Assembly (NCBI GenBank): GCA_035646395.1
Contig: DASRPK010000118.1
Span: forward strand, 5,920-69,919
Origin: Gemmatimonadaceae bacterium
GTDB lineage: Bacteria; Gemmatimonadota; Gemmatimonadetes; Gemmatimonadales; Gemmatimonadaceae
Length of the DNA: 64,000 bases
Direction of reading: 5' to 3'
Part shown: piece after piece, positions 26,595 through 35,007 of the stretch
Layout: each line of letters starts with the position of its first letter
Position numbering within the stretch: position 1 is the stretch's first letter
Position numbers and translations under genes: made by a program
The notes under the pieces: generated by a model
What the model saw: the letters and a program-made list of their open reading frames with translations, nothing else
Database searches by the model: none
What the model was told of the DNA's origin: nothing

Positions 26595-28175
26595 CTATTT
26601 CTTACCCAGGAGGTCGGCTGGAGACGTCGCCGCGGACGCCCGCCGCACCGCCTCCTGAATCACCCGGTCGTCGGCGATCGCCCGTTCGGCCTCGGCATCT
26701 GGTCCGAACACGAAGCGGGCGATCTCGCGCGCCAGAAGGCTCGACACGAGCGGGCGGGCGCCGTCGAACGTGGAGCGGCTGAACTGGAATCCGCGCCCTC
26801 GCATCGCCCTCCAGAGATCGTCCAGCATCTGCTGCGTCACCACGAAATCGCGTGACCGCACCACGCCGCGCGACCGCAGGTTGATCGCCACGTCGACCAT
26901 CGCGTCGCGGAACTGGATCACCTGGCTGCCTAACGCGTCCTCCAGCGCCTGGTCGCCCGGCGCCAGCGCGGTATCACCGGCGAGCACGTCCGGCACGATC
27001 CCGCCGCCGCCGGCCACGCGGCGGCCTCCTTCGGTGCGGAACGTGTCGACCGGTGCATCTTCATCCGCCACCTGCTCCGTGCGCGGCCGGTCGATGGAGC
27101 GGCCGGAGGGGGTGAACCAGCGGGCGGTCGTGATCCGGACGCCGCCGCCTGACGACACCGCGAAAATTCCCTGCGCGCTCCCCTTGCCGAAGGTCGGACG
27201 TCCCATGATCAGCGCGCGATCGTGATCCTGCAGCGCACCGGCCACAATTTCCGACGCGCTGGCGCTGCCCGCGTCAACGAGCACGATGAGCGGTAACTGC
27301 GCCCACGGCTGCGCCGCGGAATCCATCACGCGCTCGTTGGCCCCGGGGCTCCGTCCCCGCATCGACACGATCAGGTCGCCCGCGTCGAGGAACATGTCCG
27401 CGACACCGACACCCTGGTTCAGTACACCACCCGGGTTCCCCCGCAGGTCCATGACCAGGGAGCGCATGCCGGCGCTCTGCAGCGAGTCGATCGCCTTGCG
27501 CAGTTCGATCGCGGAGGAGTCGTTGAAGATGTTGACGTCCACATATCCGACGTTGCCGGCAAGAAGTGCCGTGCGTCCCACCGCGCGCCGATGCACACCC
27601 CCACGTTTCAGGCGGAACGTCATTCGCGTCGGATCGCCGGGCCGTTCGATCACGATGGTCACGGCGCTATCCGGCGGACCGCGCAGTGCCTTAATGACTT
27701 CGTCGTTCAACCAGCCACGCGTCTTCATCCCGTCGATCTCCACCACCCGGTCACCAGTCCGCAATCCGGCCCGTTCGGCGGGAGAACCGGGGAATGGGGC
27801 GATGATCATCGGGTAGTCGTCGCGACGCTGGATCTGCGCGCCGATGCCGATGTAATTGCCGGTGGTCTGCTCCGTGAGCCGTCGCAACCGGTTAGGCGGC
27901 AGGTACAGCGTATACGGATCGTCGAGCTCCCGCAGCATCCCGATCATCGCATGTTCGTAGAGCGAGGAATCGGCGATCGAATCCACGAAGTAATGCTTGA
28001 CGTGCTCGAAGACCGTGTCGAACAGGCGCGCGTTCGAGAAGTCGGATTCGCGCACGTTGAGACCGCGCCCAATGACCCAGCCTCCCCCGACGAGGGAAGT
28101 GCCGAGTGCGGCGGCGACTGTCAGTGTGCGCGGATTCATTGAAGAAGGGTTGTTGTCAGGAGTTTGACCCCGCAA
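26595..28175 (-). CDS. S41-family C-terminal processing peptidase
   Basis: PDZ segment (AGLRTGDRVVEIDG), DLRGNPGG, and LVDAGSASASEIVAGALQD with the catalytic Ser. An alternative start lies at 28139. Confidence 0.9.
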   Translation of the reverse strand: MRGQTPDNNPSSMNPRTLTVAAALGTSLVGGGWVIGRGLNVRESDFSNARLFDTVFEHVKHYFVDSIADSSLYEHAMIGMLRELDDPYTLYLPPNRLRRLTEQTTGNYIGIGAQIQRRDDYPMIIAPFPGSPAERAGLRTGDRVVEIDGMKTRGWLNDEVIKALRGPPDSAVTIVIERPGDPTRMTFRLKRGGVHRRAVGRTALLAGNVGYVDVNIFNDSSAIELRKAIDSLQSAGMRSLVMDLRGNPGGVLNQGVGVADMFLDAGDLIVSMRGRSPGANERVMDSAAQPWAQLPLIVLVDAGSASASEIVAGALQDHDRALIMGRPTFGKGSAQGIFAVSSGGGVRITTARWFTPSGRSIDRPRTEQVADEDAPVDTFRTEGGRRVAGGGGIVPDVLAGDTALAPGDQALEDALGSQVIQFRDAMVDVAINLRSRGVVRSRDFVVTQQMLDDLWRAMRGRGFQFSRSTFDGARPLVSSLLAREIARFVFGPDAEAERAIADDRVIQEAVRRASAATSPADLLGKK

Positions 28176-28842
28176 GGGATGCCGCGGTTTGCGGCCACCG
28201 CCTTGCGACCTCCCTCGTCACGCGTTCAGCGACAGCGGCTTCGTCGCCATCGGCATTGATCAGGACGATCGGCCCCGCCTCGGGGTGGGTCCGATGCCAA
28301 TCCGGCGTCGCGAACTGGACGAATGCGTCACGGACGCGACCATAAAACGCGGCGCCCGACTGTTCGATGCGATCCTGCGCGCTGCGACGGGCCGCGCGGG
28401 AGAGGGCCGCATCTGCGGGCAGGTCAAGAAGCAGCGTGAGATCGGGGACCAATCCACCCGTGGCCAGGGCATTCGCGCTTCTCACCTCGTCCTCCGGAAG
28501 GCCACGACCGAACACCTGGTACGCATAGGTAGACAGGAAGAAACGGTCGAGCAGCACGAACTCGCCACGGGACAGGGACGGCCGGATAACATCAGCGACG
28601 AGCTGAGCTCGGGACGCCATGAACAACAGGGCCTCGGTTCGCTGGTCCACCTGGTTGCCGGGATCCAGCACCAGTTTCCGGATCACGTCCCCGGCGGATG
28701 TTCCTCCGGGTTCACGGAGGACAGTCGCCACAAAGCCGCGACGCTCGAGGTGGCGGCGCAGGTGCTGCAGTTGCGTCGACTTGCCGACGCCCTCGATGCC
28801 CTCCAGCACCACCAGGCCCCCCCCGCCGCCGCGGCCGCCCAT
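28156..28842 (-). CDS. tmk: dTMP kinase
   Basis: LVVLEGIEGVGKSTQLQHLRRHLERRG P-loop. The start is set at ATG 28842, just downstream of the preceding stop. Confidence 0.85.
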   Translation of the reverse strand: MGGRGGGGGLVVLEGIEGVGKSTQLQHLRRHLERRGFVATVLREPGGTSAGDVIRKLVLDPGNQVDQRTEALLFMASRAQLVADVIRPSLSRGEFVLLDRFFLSTYAYQVFGRGLPEDEVRSANALATGGLVPDLTLLLDLPADAALSRAARRSAQDRIEQSGAAFYGRVRDAFVQFATPDWHRTHPEAGPIVLINADGDEAAVAERVTREVARRWPQTAASLAGSNS

Positions 28843-28844
28843 CG

Positions 28845-29198
28845 TCAGCCTAACGTGATGATGGGGCTCGCCGCCCCACTCTTGATCCCCTCGGCGATCC
28901 ACCCGTTCACCTGCATCATCAGCTTGTCGAAGTTGCTCTGGGCCACGAGGGCGCGCTGGTAGGCAGGACTGACCTGCACCTTCGACAGAAGGTCATCCAG
29001 TTCCTGTTCCATCGCGTCGGTGGGACTGCCACCGTTGTCGATCATGGCCTGCGCGGTTCCGCGCAACTCCTCCATGCGACGCAGCAGCTTCACCGCCTCC
29101 TGGTCCTCGCCAAGCGCCTCGTTGGAGCGCTTGAGCGCCTGGTACTCAGCGCTCTGCCCGATGAGCCGGCCCAGTTCCCGTCCTTTCTGGTCTAGCAT
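28845..29198 (-). CDS. YlbF/YmcA-family protein
   Basis: 117 aa, helical. GRLIGQSAEYQALKRSNEAL...AVKLLRRMEEL...VQVSPAYQRALVAQSNFDKLMMQVN matches the YlbF pattern as I recall it. Confidence 0.55.
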   Translation of the reverse strand: MLDQKGRELGRLIGQSAEYQALKRSNEALGEDQEAVKLLRRMEELRGTAQAMIDNGGSPTDAMEQELDDLLSKVQVSPAYQRALVAQSNFDKLMMQVNGWIAEGIKSGAASPIITLG

Positions 29199-29218
29199 GT
29201 TGATGTCCGGAGTTCTCG

Positions 29219-30097
29219 TTATGCAGCACGTGTCGCCAGCACGAAGCGATCGCGACCCGCCAGGTCCTGGAACACACCGACGTCACGGAAGTGGCCGCTC
29301 GACGCCGCCAGGTCCGCAACCACGGTTGCGCGCCGGCTATCGACTTCGAGCGCCAGCAGGCCACCGGTGGAAAGTATCCCCGGAGCGTCACCGATGATTC
29401 GGCGCGTAGCGTCGAGCCCGTGACTCCCCGAGTACAGGGCATGCCCCGGCTCCCAGTTCCGGACCGACTCCGGCAGCTCCACGGCCTCCTCGAAGGCGAT
29501 GTACGGAGGGTTCGAGACGAGCAGGTCAAACGATTCACCGGCCAGTGGCGCGAGGAGGTCGCCGGTGCGGAAGAAGACCGGCGCTCGCAACTGCGGACCG
29601 AGCGCTTTGGCGTTGCGGCGCGCGAGCGTGATGGCGCCAGTGTCGATGTCCGTTGCGACGATCCGCTCGAACCTGCCTTCGGCGGCCAGTGCGAGGGCGA
29701 TTGCACCCGAGCCGGTGCCAATATCGGCACACGTCCCGGTCCGCCGCCGCTCCAGCACCAGGTCGATCAGGACTTCTGTTTCCTGGCGAGGAATCAACAC
29801 GCGCTCGCTGACCTGAAGCGTTAGGTGCCGAAAGGCGGTGCGGCCCACGGCGTAAGCGAACGGCATGCCGGACCTCCGGCGCTCCGCCACCGCGAACGCG
29901 CGATCCGCCACTTCGCGCGGGATAACCGTATCGGCGTGCACGCGTGGCCAGAACCGGTTCTCATCGAGCACGGCAGCGACGATGTCTCGCGCCTCGGCGG
30001 ACGCGTCGGCGATCCTGTACTCCGCGAGTCGCCCGGCGATCGTGTCGACGACCTGACCCACGGCGAGTGCCGTGTCGTGAACGCCGATTGCGGTCAC
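29219..30097 (-). CDS. prmC: release factor N5-glutamine methyltransferase
   Basis: Contains DIGTGSGAIALALA (SAM motif) and LVSNPPYI (NPPY). Overlaps prfA in the usual prfA-prmC arrangement. Confidence 0.9.
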   Translation of the reverse strand: MTAIGVHDTALAVGQVVDTIAGRLAEYRIADASAEARDIVAAVLDENRFWPRVHADTVIPREVADRAFAVAERRRSGMPFAYAVGRTAFRHLTLQVSERVLIPRQETEVLIDLVLERRRTGTCADIGTGSGAIALALAAEGRFERIVATDIDTGAITLARRNAKALGPQLRAPVFFRTGDLLAPLAGESFDLLVSNPPYIAFEEAVELPESVRNWEPGHALYSGSHGLDATRRIIGDAPGILSTGGLLALEVDSRRATVVADLAASSGHFRDVGVFQDLAGRDRFVLATRAA

Positions 30098-31164
30098 AAC
30101 TCCTCCCGGAGCCTTTCCTCCGTGTCGGCGATCTTCATCGCTTCGATCAGGCGACCGATATCGCCATCCATGATGCGCGGAAGGTCGTGCAACGTGAGGT
30201 TGATCCGGTGATCCGTCACGCGGCTCTGGGGGAAGTTGTACGTCCGGATCTTCGCCGAGCGATCGCCGGTTGAAACCTGCGATTTCCTCAGGCGTGCCCG
30301 TTCGGCCTGGAGCGCCTGAAGCCGGGCGTCGAGGATCTTGGCGCGCAGGACGCCCATGGCCTTGATCTTGTTCTGCAGCTGTGAGCGTTGGTCCTGCTGG
30401 GTGACGACAATCCCGGTCGGGTTATGGGTGATCCGCACGGCGGAGTCGGTCGTGTTCACGCCCTGCCCACCGGGACCCGAGGCGCGATATACGTCGATGC
30501 GCAGGTCCTTCTCGTCGATCTCGACGTCGACCTCTTCGGCTTCGGGGAGGACGGCAACGGTGGCCGCCGACGTGTGAATACGACCCTGGGCCTCGGTTTC
30601 CGGGACTCGCTGCACGCGATGGACGCCGGACTCGTAATGCATTTCGCCGAAAGCGCCATTCCCGTCGACCTTCATCACCGCTTTCGTCACGCCACCCTTC
30701 ACGCCGTCCGAATACTCGAGCATCTCGATCTTCCAGCCTTTGCGTTCGATGTACCGCGTGTACATCCTCAGGAGTTCGGCGGCAAACAGCGCGGCTTCGT
30801 CGCCGCCGGTCCCGGCGCGGATTTCCATGATGCACGCTCGCTCATTGAGCGGATCCTGCGGAATCAGGAGCGGCATGGCCTGCTCCTCGAGTTGCGCGAT
30901 CGCCTGCGTTATGCGCTCAACTTCCGCGCGCGCTTCGGTGGCGAGTTCTTCGTCGTCCGACGAGAGGAGCTCCTGCGCGTCCGCAAGCTCCTTGTCACTG
31001 CGCGCGAGCTTCTGGGAGAGTGCTACGACCTCCTGCAGGCGCTGGTGCTCACGACCCAACGAAGCGCGCAACTTGGAGTCACGCAGCGTCAGCGGGTCAC
31101 TTAACTCCTGCTCAACGGCGGCGGCCCGTTCGACCGCCGCCGCGAGACGTGCTCGGACGCTCAG
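30094..31164 (-). CDS. prfA: peptide chain release factor 1
   Basis: [18 protein letters not shown] (GGQ) and a PET tripeptide ([15 protein letters not shown]) at the RF1 tripeptide-anticodon position (PxT; canonical PAT/PVT). The ORF-track start (TTG 31071) gives 325 aa. My manual in-frame translation upstream reads [31 protein letters not shown], a typical RF1 N-terminus, with no ATG/GTG/TTG before the upstream stop at 31204-31206. The 5' end is therefore set at CTG 31164, giving 356 aa. Confidence 0.85.
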   Translation of the reverse strand: MSVRARLAAAVERAAAVEQELSDPLTLRDSKLRASLGREHQRLQEVVALSQKLARSDKELADAQELLSSDDEELATEARAEVERITQAIAQLEEQAMPLLIPQDPLNERACIMEIRAGTGGDEAALFAAELLRMYTRYIERKGWKIEMLEYSDGVKGGVTKAVMKVDGNGAFGEMHYESGVHRVQRVPETEAQGRIHTSAATVAVLPEAEEVDVEIDEKDLRIDVYRASGPGGQGVNTTDSAVRITHNPTGIVVTQQDQRSQLQNKIKAMGVLRAKILDARLQALQAERARLRKSQVSTGDRSAKIRTYNFPQSRVTDHRINLTLHDLPRIMDGDIGRLIEAMKIADTEERLREEL

Positions 31165-31373
31165 GTGGTCTTCTTCCCTACGGCGTACTTCTGACGGAAG
31201 CGCTCAACGCGACCGGCCGTGTCGACCAGCTTCTGCTTGCCCGTATAGAACGGGTGGCAGGCGGAACAGATGTCGAGATGGAGCTCGCCGACGGTGGAGC
31301 GTGTCTGCCAGGTGGCGCCGCAGGCGCACTTGACCGTCGCCGTTGCGTATTCTGGATGGATACCGGACTTCAC
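31161..31373 (-). CDS. rpmE: 50S ribosomal protein L31 (Zn-ribbon type)
   Basis: [19 protein letters not shown]...[16 protein letters not shown]. Confidence 0.95.
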   Translation of the reverse strand: MKSGIHPEYATATVKCACGATWQTRSTVGELHLDICSACHPFYTGKQKLVDTAGRVERFRQKYAVGKKTT

Positions 31374-31696
31374 TTTAGGACCTCTTTGGAGCGATTGGAC
31401 AGCCGGTAAAGCTAATCGGTACGGGAGCTAAGACACAAGATGGCATGGACTTGCTGGAAGTGAATGTAGCCTTTGAAGCCTCAGGAGCCACGCTGCCGGC
31501 GGGTGGATTACGCCTGATCGTCTTCCTCATCGCCAATTATCGGTTTTGTATCAAGCTGCTGTAATCAGTAGGCACCCACCTCTCAGCAAGGCTGTGACCT
31601 CGCCCGGTGGGGGGCGTCATCAGTGGCGGGCGTGATCGTCGTCGAGACGGGGCGCTCCTGTCTTCCCAAAGCGAACCCTCGCACGATCTTACGCGC

Positions 31697-32371
31697 ATGG
31701 AAACCGCCAATTTTCTCAGAACCGTTCCGCTGTTCTCGAAGCTCGATGACTCCGAGCTCGTTCGGTTCACTGAACTGACCCGTGAGAAGGCCTACCCGAA
31801 GGGCAGCGTCATTGTCTTCGAGGACGATCCGGGTGACTCCCTCTTCGTCGTAAGGCAGGGCCGCGTAAAAGTTGTCCTCATCGGCGAAGATGGCCGCGAG
31901 GTCATCCTGGGCGTGCTTGGCGTGGGCGAACATTTCGGCGAGCTGTCGCTCATCGATGACATGCCGCGCTCGGCTCACGTCATTGCGATGGAGGACACGA
32001 ACCTCCTCGTGTTGCGTCGCGATGATTTCCGTCGCCGCGTAGAATCGAATCCCGCGGTTGCGTGGGCGTTGCTTGCCGAACTCGCCAGGCGCCTGCGTCG
32101 TGCCGACTCGAAGATTCACGGTCTCGCGCTGCTCGATGTTCCGGGGCGCATTGCGAAGCTGCTGCTCGATTTCGCGCAGGAGGGCGCGTCGGAAACCATC
32201 GAGAAGCCACTCACGCACCAGACGATCGCGCACATGATCGGCGCGAGTCGCGAAACCGTGTCCCGCACGGTTCGCGATTTCCAGAACCAGGGTTTGATCC
32301 GTGTCGAGCGCCGCCGTATCTCGGTGGCCAATCGACCGGCGTTGAAGCAACTGGCGCAGACCAGGCTCTAG
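31697..32371 (+). CDS. Crp/Fnr-family transcriptional regulator
   Basis: From ATG 31697: LRTVPLFSKLDDSELVRFTELT...FGELSLID (cNMP-binding domain), then TIAHMIGASRETVSRTVRDF (HTH). Confidence 0.85.
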   Translation: METANFLRTVPLFSKLDDSELVRFTELTREKAYPKGSVIVFEDDPGDSLFVVRQGRVKVVLIGEDGREVILGVLGVGEHFGELSLIDDMPRSAHVIAMEDTNLLVLRRDDFRRRVESNPAVAWALLAELARRLRRADSKIHGLALLDVPGRIAKLLLDFAQEGASETIEKPLTHQTIAHMIGASRETVSRTVRDFQNQGLIRVERRRISVANRPALKQLAQTRL

Positions 32372-32432
32372 GTCCCTAACGGGACGGGCCACCGGTCACC
32401 GCGACGACTGGGGCCGTACACGAGCTTCCGGA

Positions 32433-33299
32433 ATGCGCCTACGGCTCTGGGGAACCCGTGGATCGTGCCCTTCACCGGGCCCGTCTACTGTCAGGTACGG
32501 TGGCAACACCACCTGCGTGGAGGTCCGTAGCGACGACGGTCATCTCGCCATCCTCGACGCGGGAACAGGCATCCGCGAACTCGGCCGGTCGCTGGTCGAG
32601 AGCGCCGATGGGCGGCCGATTCACGGCGACCTGTTCTTCAGCCACGCGCACTGGGACCACATCCAGGGACTCCCGTTTTTTACGCCGGCGTTCCAGTCGG
32701 GAAACCACTTCCGCTTGTTCGGCGCGCCCACGCTGCTGCAGAGTCTCGAGGTCGTCCTGCGTCAGCAGATGAGTCCCGTGGTGTTTCCCGTAGCGTTCGA
32801 TGACCTCCACGCCCACATCGAGTTCCGTGAGCTGACTGGCTACCGTGCCGTCCAGAACGGGATCGAGATCAACGCGATCAGCGTCAGGCACCCGGGCGGC
32901 GCGTTAGGCTTCCGGCTTTCCCCGTCGGGTGCGACGGGGCGCTGCGTGGTGTTCATTCCCGACAATGAGCTCGACCAGTTCGGCGATTCCGCTCCGGGCG
33001 CCCCGACGCGCGAGGAGCTGATCCGCTTCGCCCATGGCGCGAAGGTGCTGATTCACGACGCCATGTACACCGGCGCCGAATACATGGACCATCGCGGCTG
33101 GGGCCATTCCTCGTACCGCGATGCAGTCGACTTCGCGATCGCCGCCGAAGTGCAGGCGCTGGTGCTCTTTCACCATGAGCCCGACCGATCGGATGACGCG
33201 CTCGAGACGCAGCTCGCCATGGTGCGGGACATGGTCCGGGAGCGGAACGGCGCGGTGGAAGTCGTGGCGGCTGCGGAAGGGATGGAAATAGACATCTAG
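32433..33299 (+). CDS. MBL-fold metallo-hydrolase
   Basis: LRLWGTRGS...YGGNTTCVEV...FFSHAHWDHIQGLPFF...LFHHEPDRSD. Confidence 0.7.
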   Translation: MRLRLWGTRGSCPSPGPSTVRYGGNTTCVEVRSDDGHLAILDAGTGIRELGRSLVESADGRPIHGDLFFSHAHWDHIQGLPFFTPAFQSGNHFRLFGAPTLLQSLEVVLRQQMSPVVFPVAFDDLHAHIEFRELTGYRAVQNGIEINAISVRHPGGALGFRLSPSGATGRCVVFIPDNELDQFGDSAPGAPTREELIRFAHGAKVLIHDAMYTGAEYMDHRGWGHSSYRDAVDFAIAAEVQALVLFHHEPDRSDDALETQLAMVRDMVRERNGAVEVVAAAEGMEIDI

Positions 33300-33407
33300 C
33301 TGCGTGCTGATTGCTGCTGCATGTGCATCGTGCTTGTGCTAGAGCACCAGCACCAGCCACGTAGCAGTTACGCAGTAGCAATCAGCAATCAGCAATCAGC
33401 ACGCAGC
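33300..33407. repeat. GCTGATT/AATCAGC-armed long hairpin filling the MBL / hyuB convergent spacer
   Basis: ctgcgtgctgattgctgctgcatgtgcatcgtgcttgtgct agagc accagcaccagccacgtagcagttacgcagtagcaatcagcaatcagcaatcagcacgcagc. Confidence 0.85.
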
Positions 33408-34931
33408 CTAGGCCTTCCCCCAGCCTCCTCCCCCCGGCGTCATCACCGTCACCACATCGCCGGGATTGAGTTCGATCCGGCACTTGGCGGGAATCGGCTG
33501 GCCGTTCAACAGGTTCTGGCCCGCGGCCCCGGGACCGCCGCCTAACGCCCCCTGCGGCCGATGCCGGCGCCGCTCGGTCACCAGTGTGACGGTGCAACGC
33601 TCGAGCACGCGATACCGGCGGATCACGCCGTCGCCACCGCGATGGCGCCCCGCACCACCCGAGCCGCGCCGAATGGCATATTCGTCGATCCGGATGGGAT
33701 AGGCCTGTTCGAGCGACTCGATCGGCGTATTCCGCGTGTTGCTCATGCCGACGTGGACCGCGTCCGGCCCGGGGCCGCGTGTACTGGCTCCCTGCCCGCC
33801 GCCTAACGTTTCATAGAAGGTCCAGCCGGGGCCGCCGAAGGTAATGTTGTTCATCGTCCCCTGCCCCTGCGCCGGTACCTCGACACCGGCGTTGGCCAGC
33901 GCTGCAAAGATGGTGTCCGTGATCCGCGTCGACATCTCGACATTCCCCGCCGCGACGGCCGCCGGCCAGCGGGCGTCGATCGCACAGCCCGGCGGGATGC
34001 GGAGGTCGAGGGCTCGGGCGATGCCGTCATTGGTCGGCACGTCATCATCGAGCAGCGTGCGCAACACGAACACCGCCGCGGCGCGAACCACAGCTTTCGG
34101 GCAGTTGACATTCCCACGGACGATGGGCGACGTCCCGGCGAAATCCAGCTCGAGCCGGTCTCCGAGCGACTGCACGGAAACCGCCACGACGACATCGTCC
34201 TCGGTGACACCATCACCCTCGAGCGCGTCGCGGGCACTGCCGGACACGGGGCCCAGTTGGGCGATGCGCGAACGCGCTCTTCGTTCGGTGTAGTCGAGCA
34301 GGGCCGCCCCCGCCGCCTTCATGTGTTCGACGCCTTCCCGCTGCAACAGCGCCACCCACCCATCACGCCCGGCCGCACACGCCGCGCGCTGCGCCTTGAG
34401 GTCACCCATCCGCTCGTCAGGCGTTCGCACATTCGCCAGCACGAGCGCCAGAATGTCGGGATCGAATACCTCACCGCGCGCGATGCGAACCGGCGGCACG
34501 ATGAGGCCTTCCTGAACCAGCTCGGTTGCGCCACGCGGCATGCTGCCCGGAGATATGCCTCCGACATCCGCATGGTGCGCCCGGACCGCCGAAAATCCCA
34601 CCAGTGACCCGGCGAGCCCAATCGCCTCGACCATCGTGAGGTCAGGCAGGTGCGATCCGCCGCGATACGGGTCGTTCAGGAGAAACACCTCGCCCGGTAC
34701 CGGCTTGCGCTCGAGCACTGCGCGCACGGACTCGGGCATGGCGCCCAAATGCACCGGAATGTGCGCGGCCTGGGCGATCATCCGGCCCTCGTCGTCGAAT
34801 AGCGCCGAGGATGCATCGCGACGCTCCCTGATATTCGGCGACAAGGCGCCCCGTTCGAGCACGGTGCCCATTTCCTCCGCGATCATGGAAACCGCGTGGG
34901 ACATGACGCTGAGGGAGAGGGGGTCAAACAC
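33408..34931 (-). CDS. hydantoinase B / oxoprolinase family protein
   Basis: VFDPLSLSVMSHAVSMIAEEMGTVLERGALSPNIRERRDASSALFD is the typical HyuB N-terminus. The start is set at GTG 34931. The ORF-track extension translates the GGGGCAC repeat tract. An ATG at 34985 is the alternative. Confidence 0.8.
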   Translation of the reverse strand: MFDPLSLSVMSHAVSMIAEEMGTVLERGALSPNIRERRDASSALFDDEGRMIAQAAHIPVHLGAMPESVRAVLERKPVPGEVFLLNDPYRGGSHLPDLTMVEAIGLAGSLVGFSAVRAHHADVGGISPGSMPRGATELVQEGLIVPPVRIARGEVFDPDILALVLANVRTPDERMGDLKAQRAACAAGRDGWVALLQREGVEHMKAAGAALLDYTERRARSRIAQLGPVSGSARDALEGDGVTEDDVVVAVSVQSLGDRLELDFAGTSPIVRGNVNCPKAVVRAAAVFVLRTLLDDDVPTNDGIARALDLRIPPGCAIDARWPAAVAAGNVEMSTRITDTIFAALANAGVEVPAQGQGTMNNITFGGPGWTFYETLGGGQGASTRGPGPDAVHVGMSNTRNTPIESLEQAYPIRIDEYAIRRGSGGAGRHRGGDGVIRRYRVLERCTVTLVTERRRHRPQGALGGGPGAAGQNLLNGQPIPAKCRIELNPGDVVTVMTPGGGGWGKA

Positions 34932-34955
34932 TCGGTAAATGGGTGACCAGGTTGA

Positions 34956-34992
34956 GGGGCAGACGGGGCACGGGGCACGGGGCATGGGGCAA
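34956..34992. repeat. GGGGCAC heptamer tract between hyuA stop and hyuB start
   Basis: ggggcagacggggcacggggcacggggcatggggcaa. Confidence 0.75.
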
Positions 34993-35007
34993 AAGGGCGT
35001 TAGGCTC

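Noticed and set aside
31380-31696. A Crp-binding site (TGTGA-N6-TCACA) or known leader in the rpmE / crp divergent region.
   Set aside because: No acceptable palindrome was found by eye. The region is only somewhat AT-richer, and nothing is specific enough to report.
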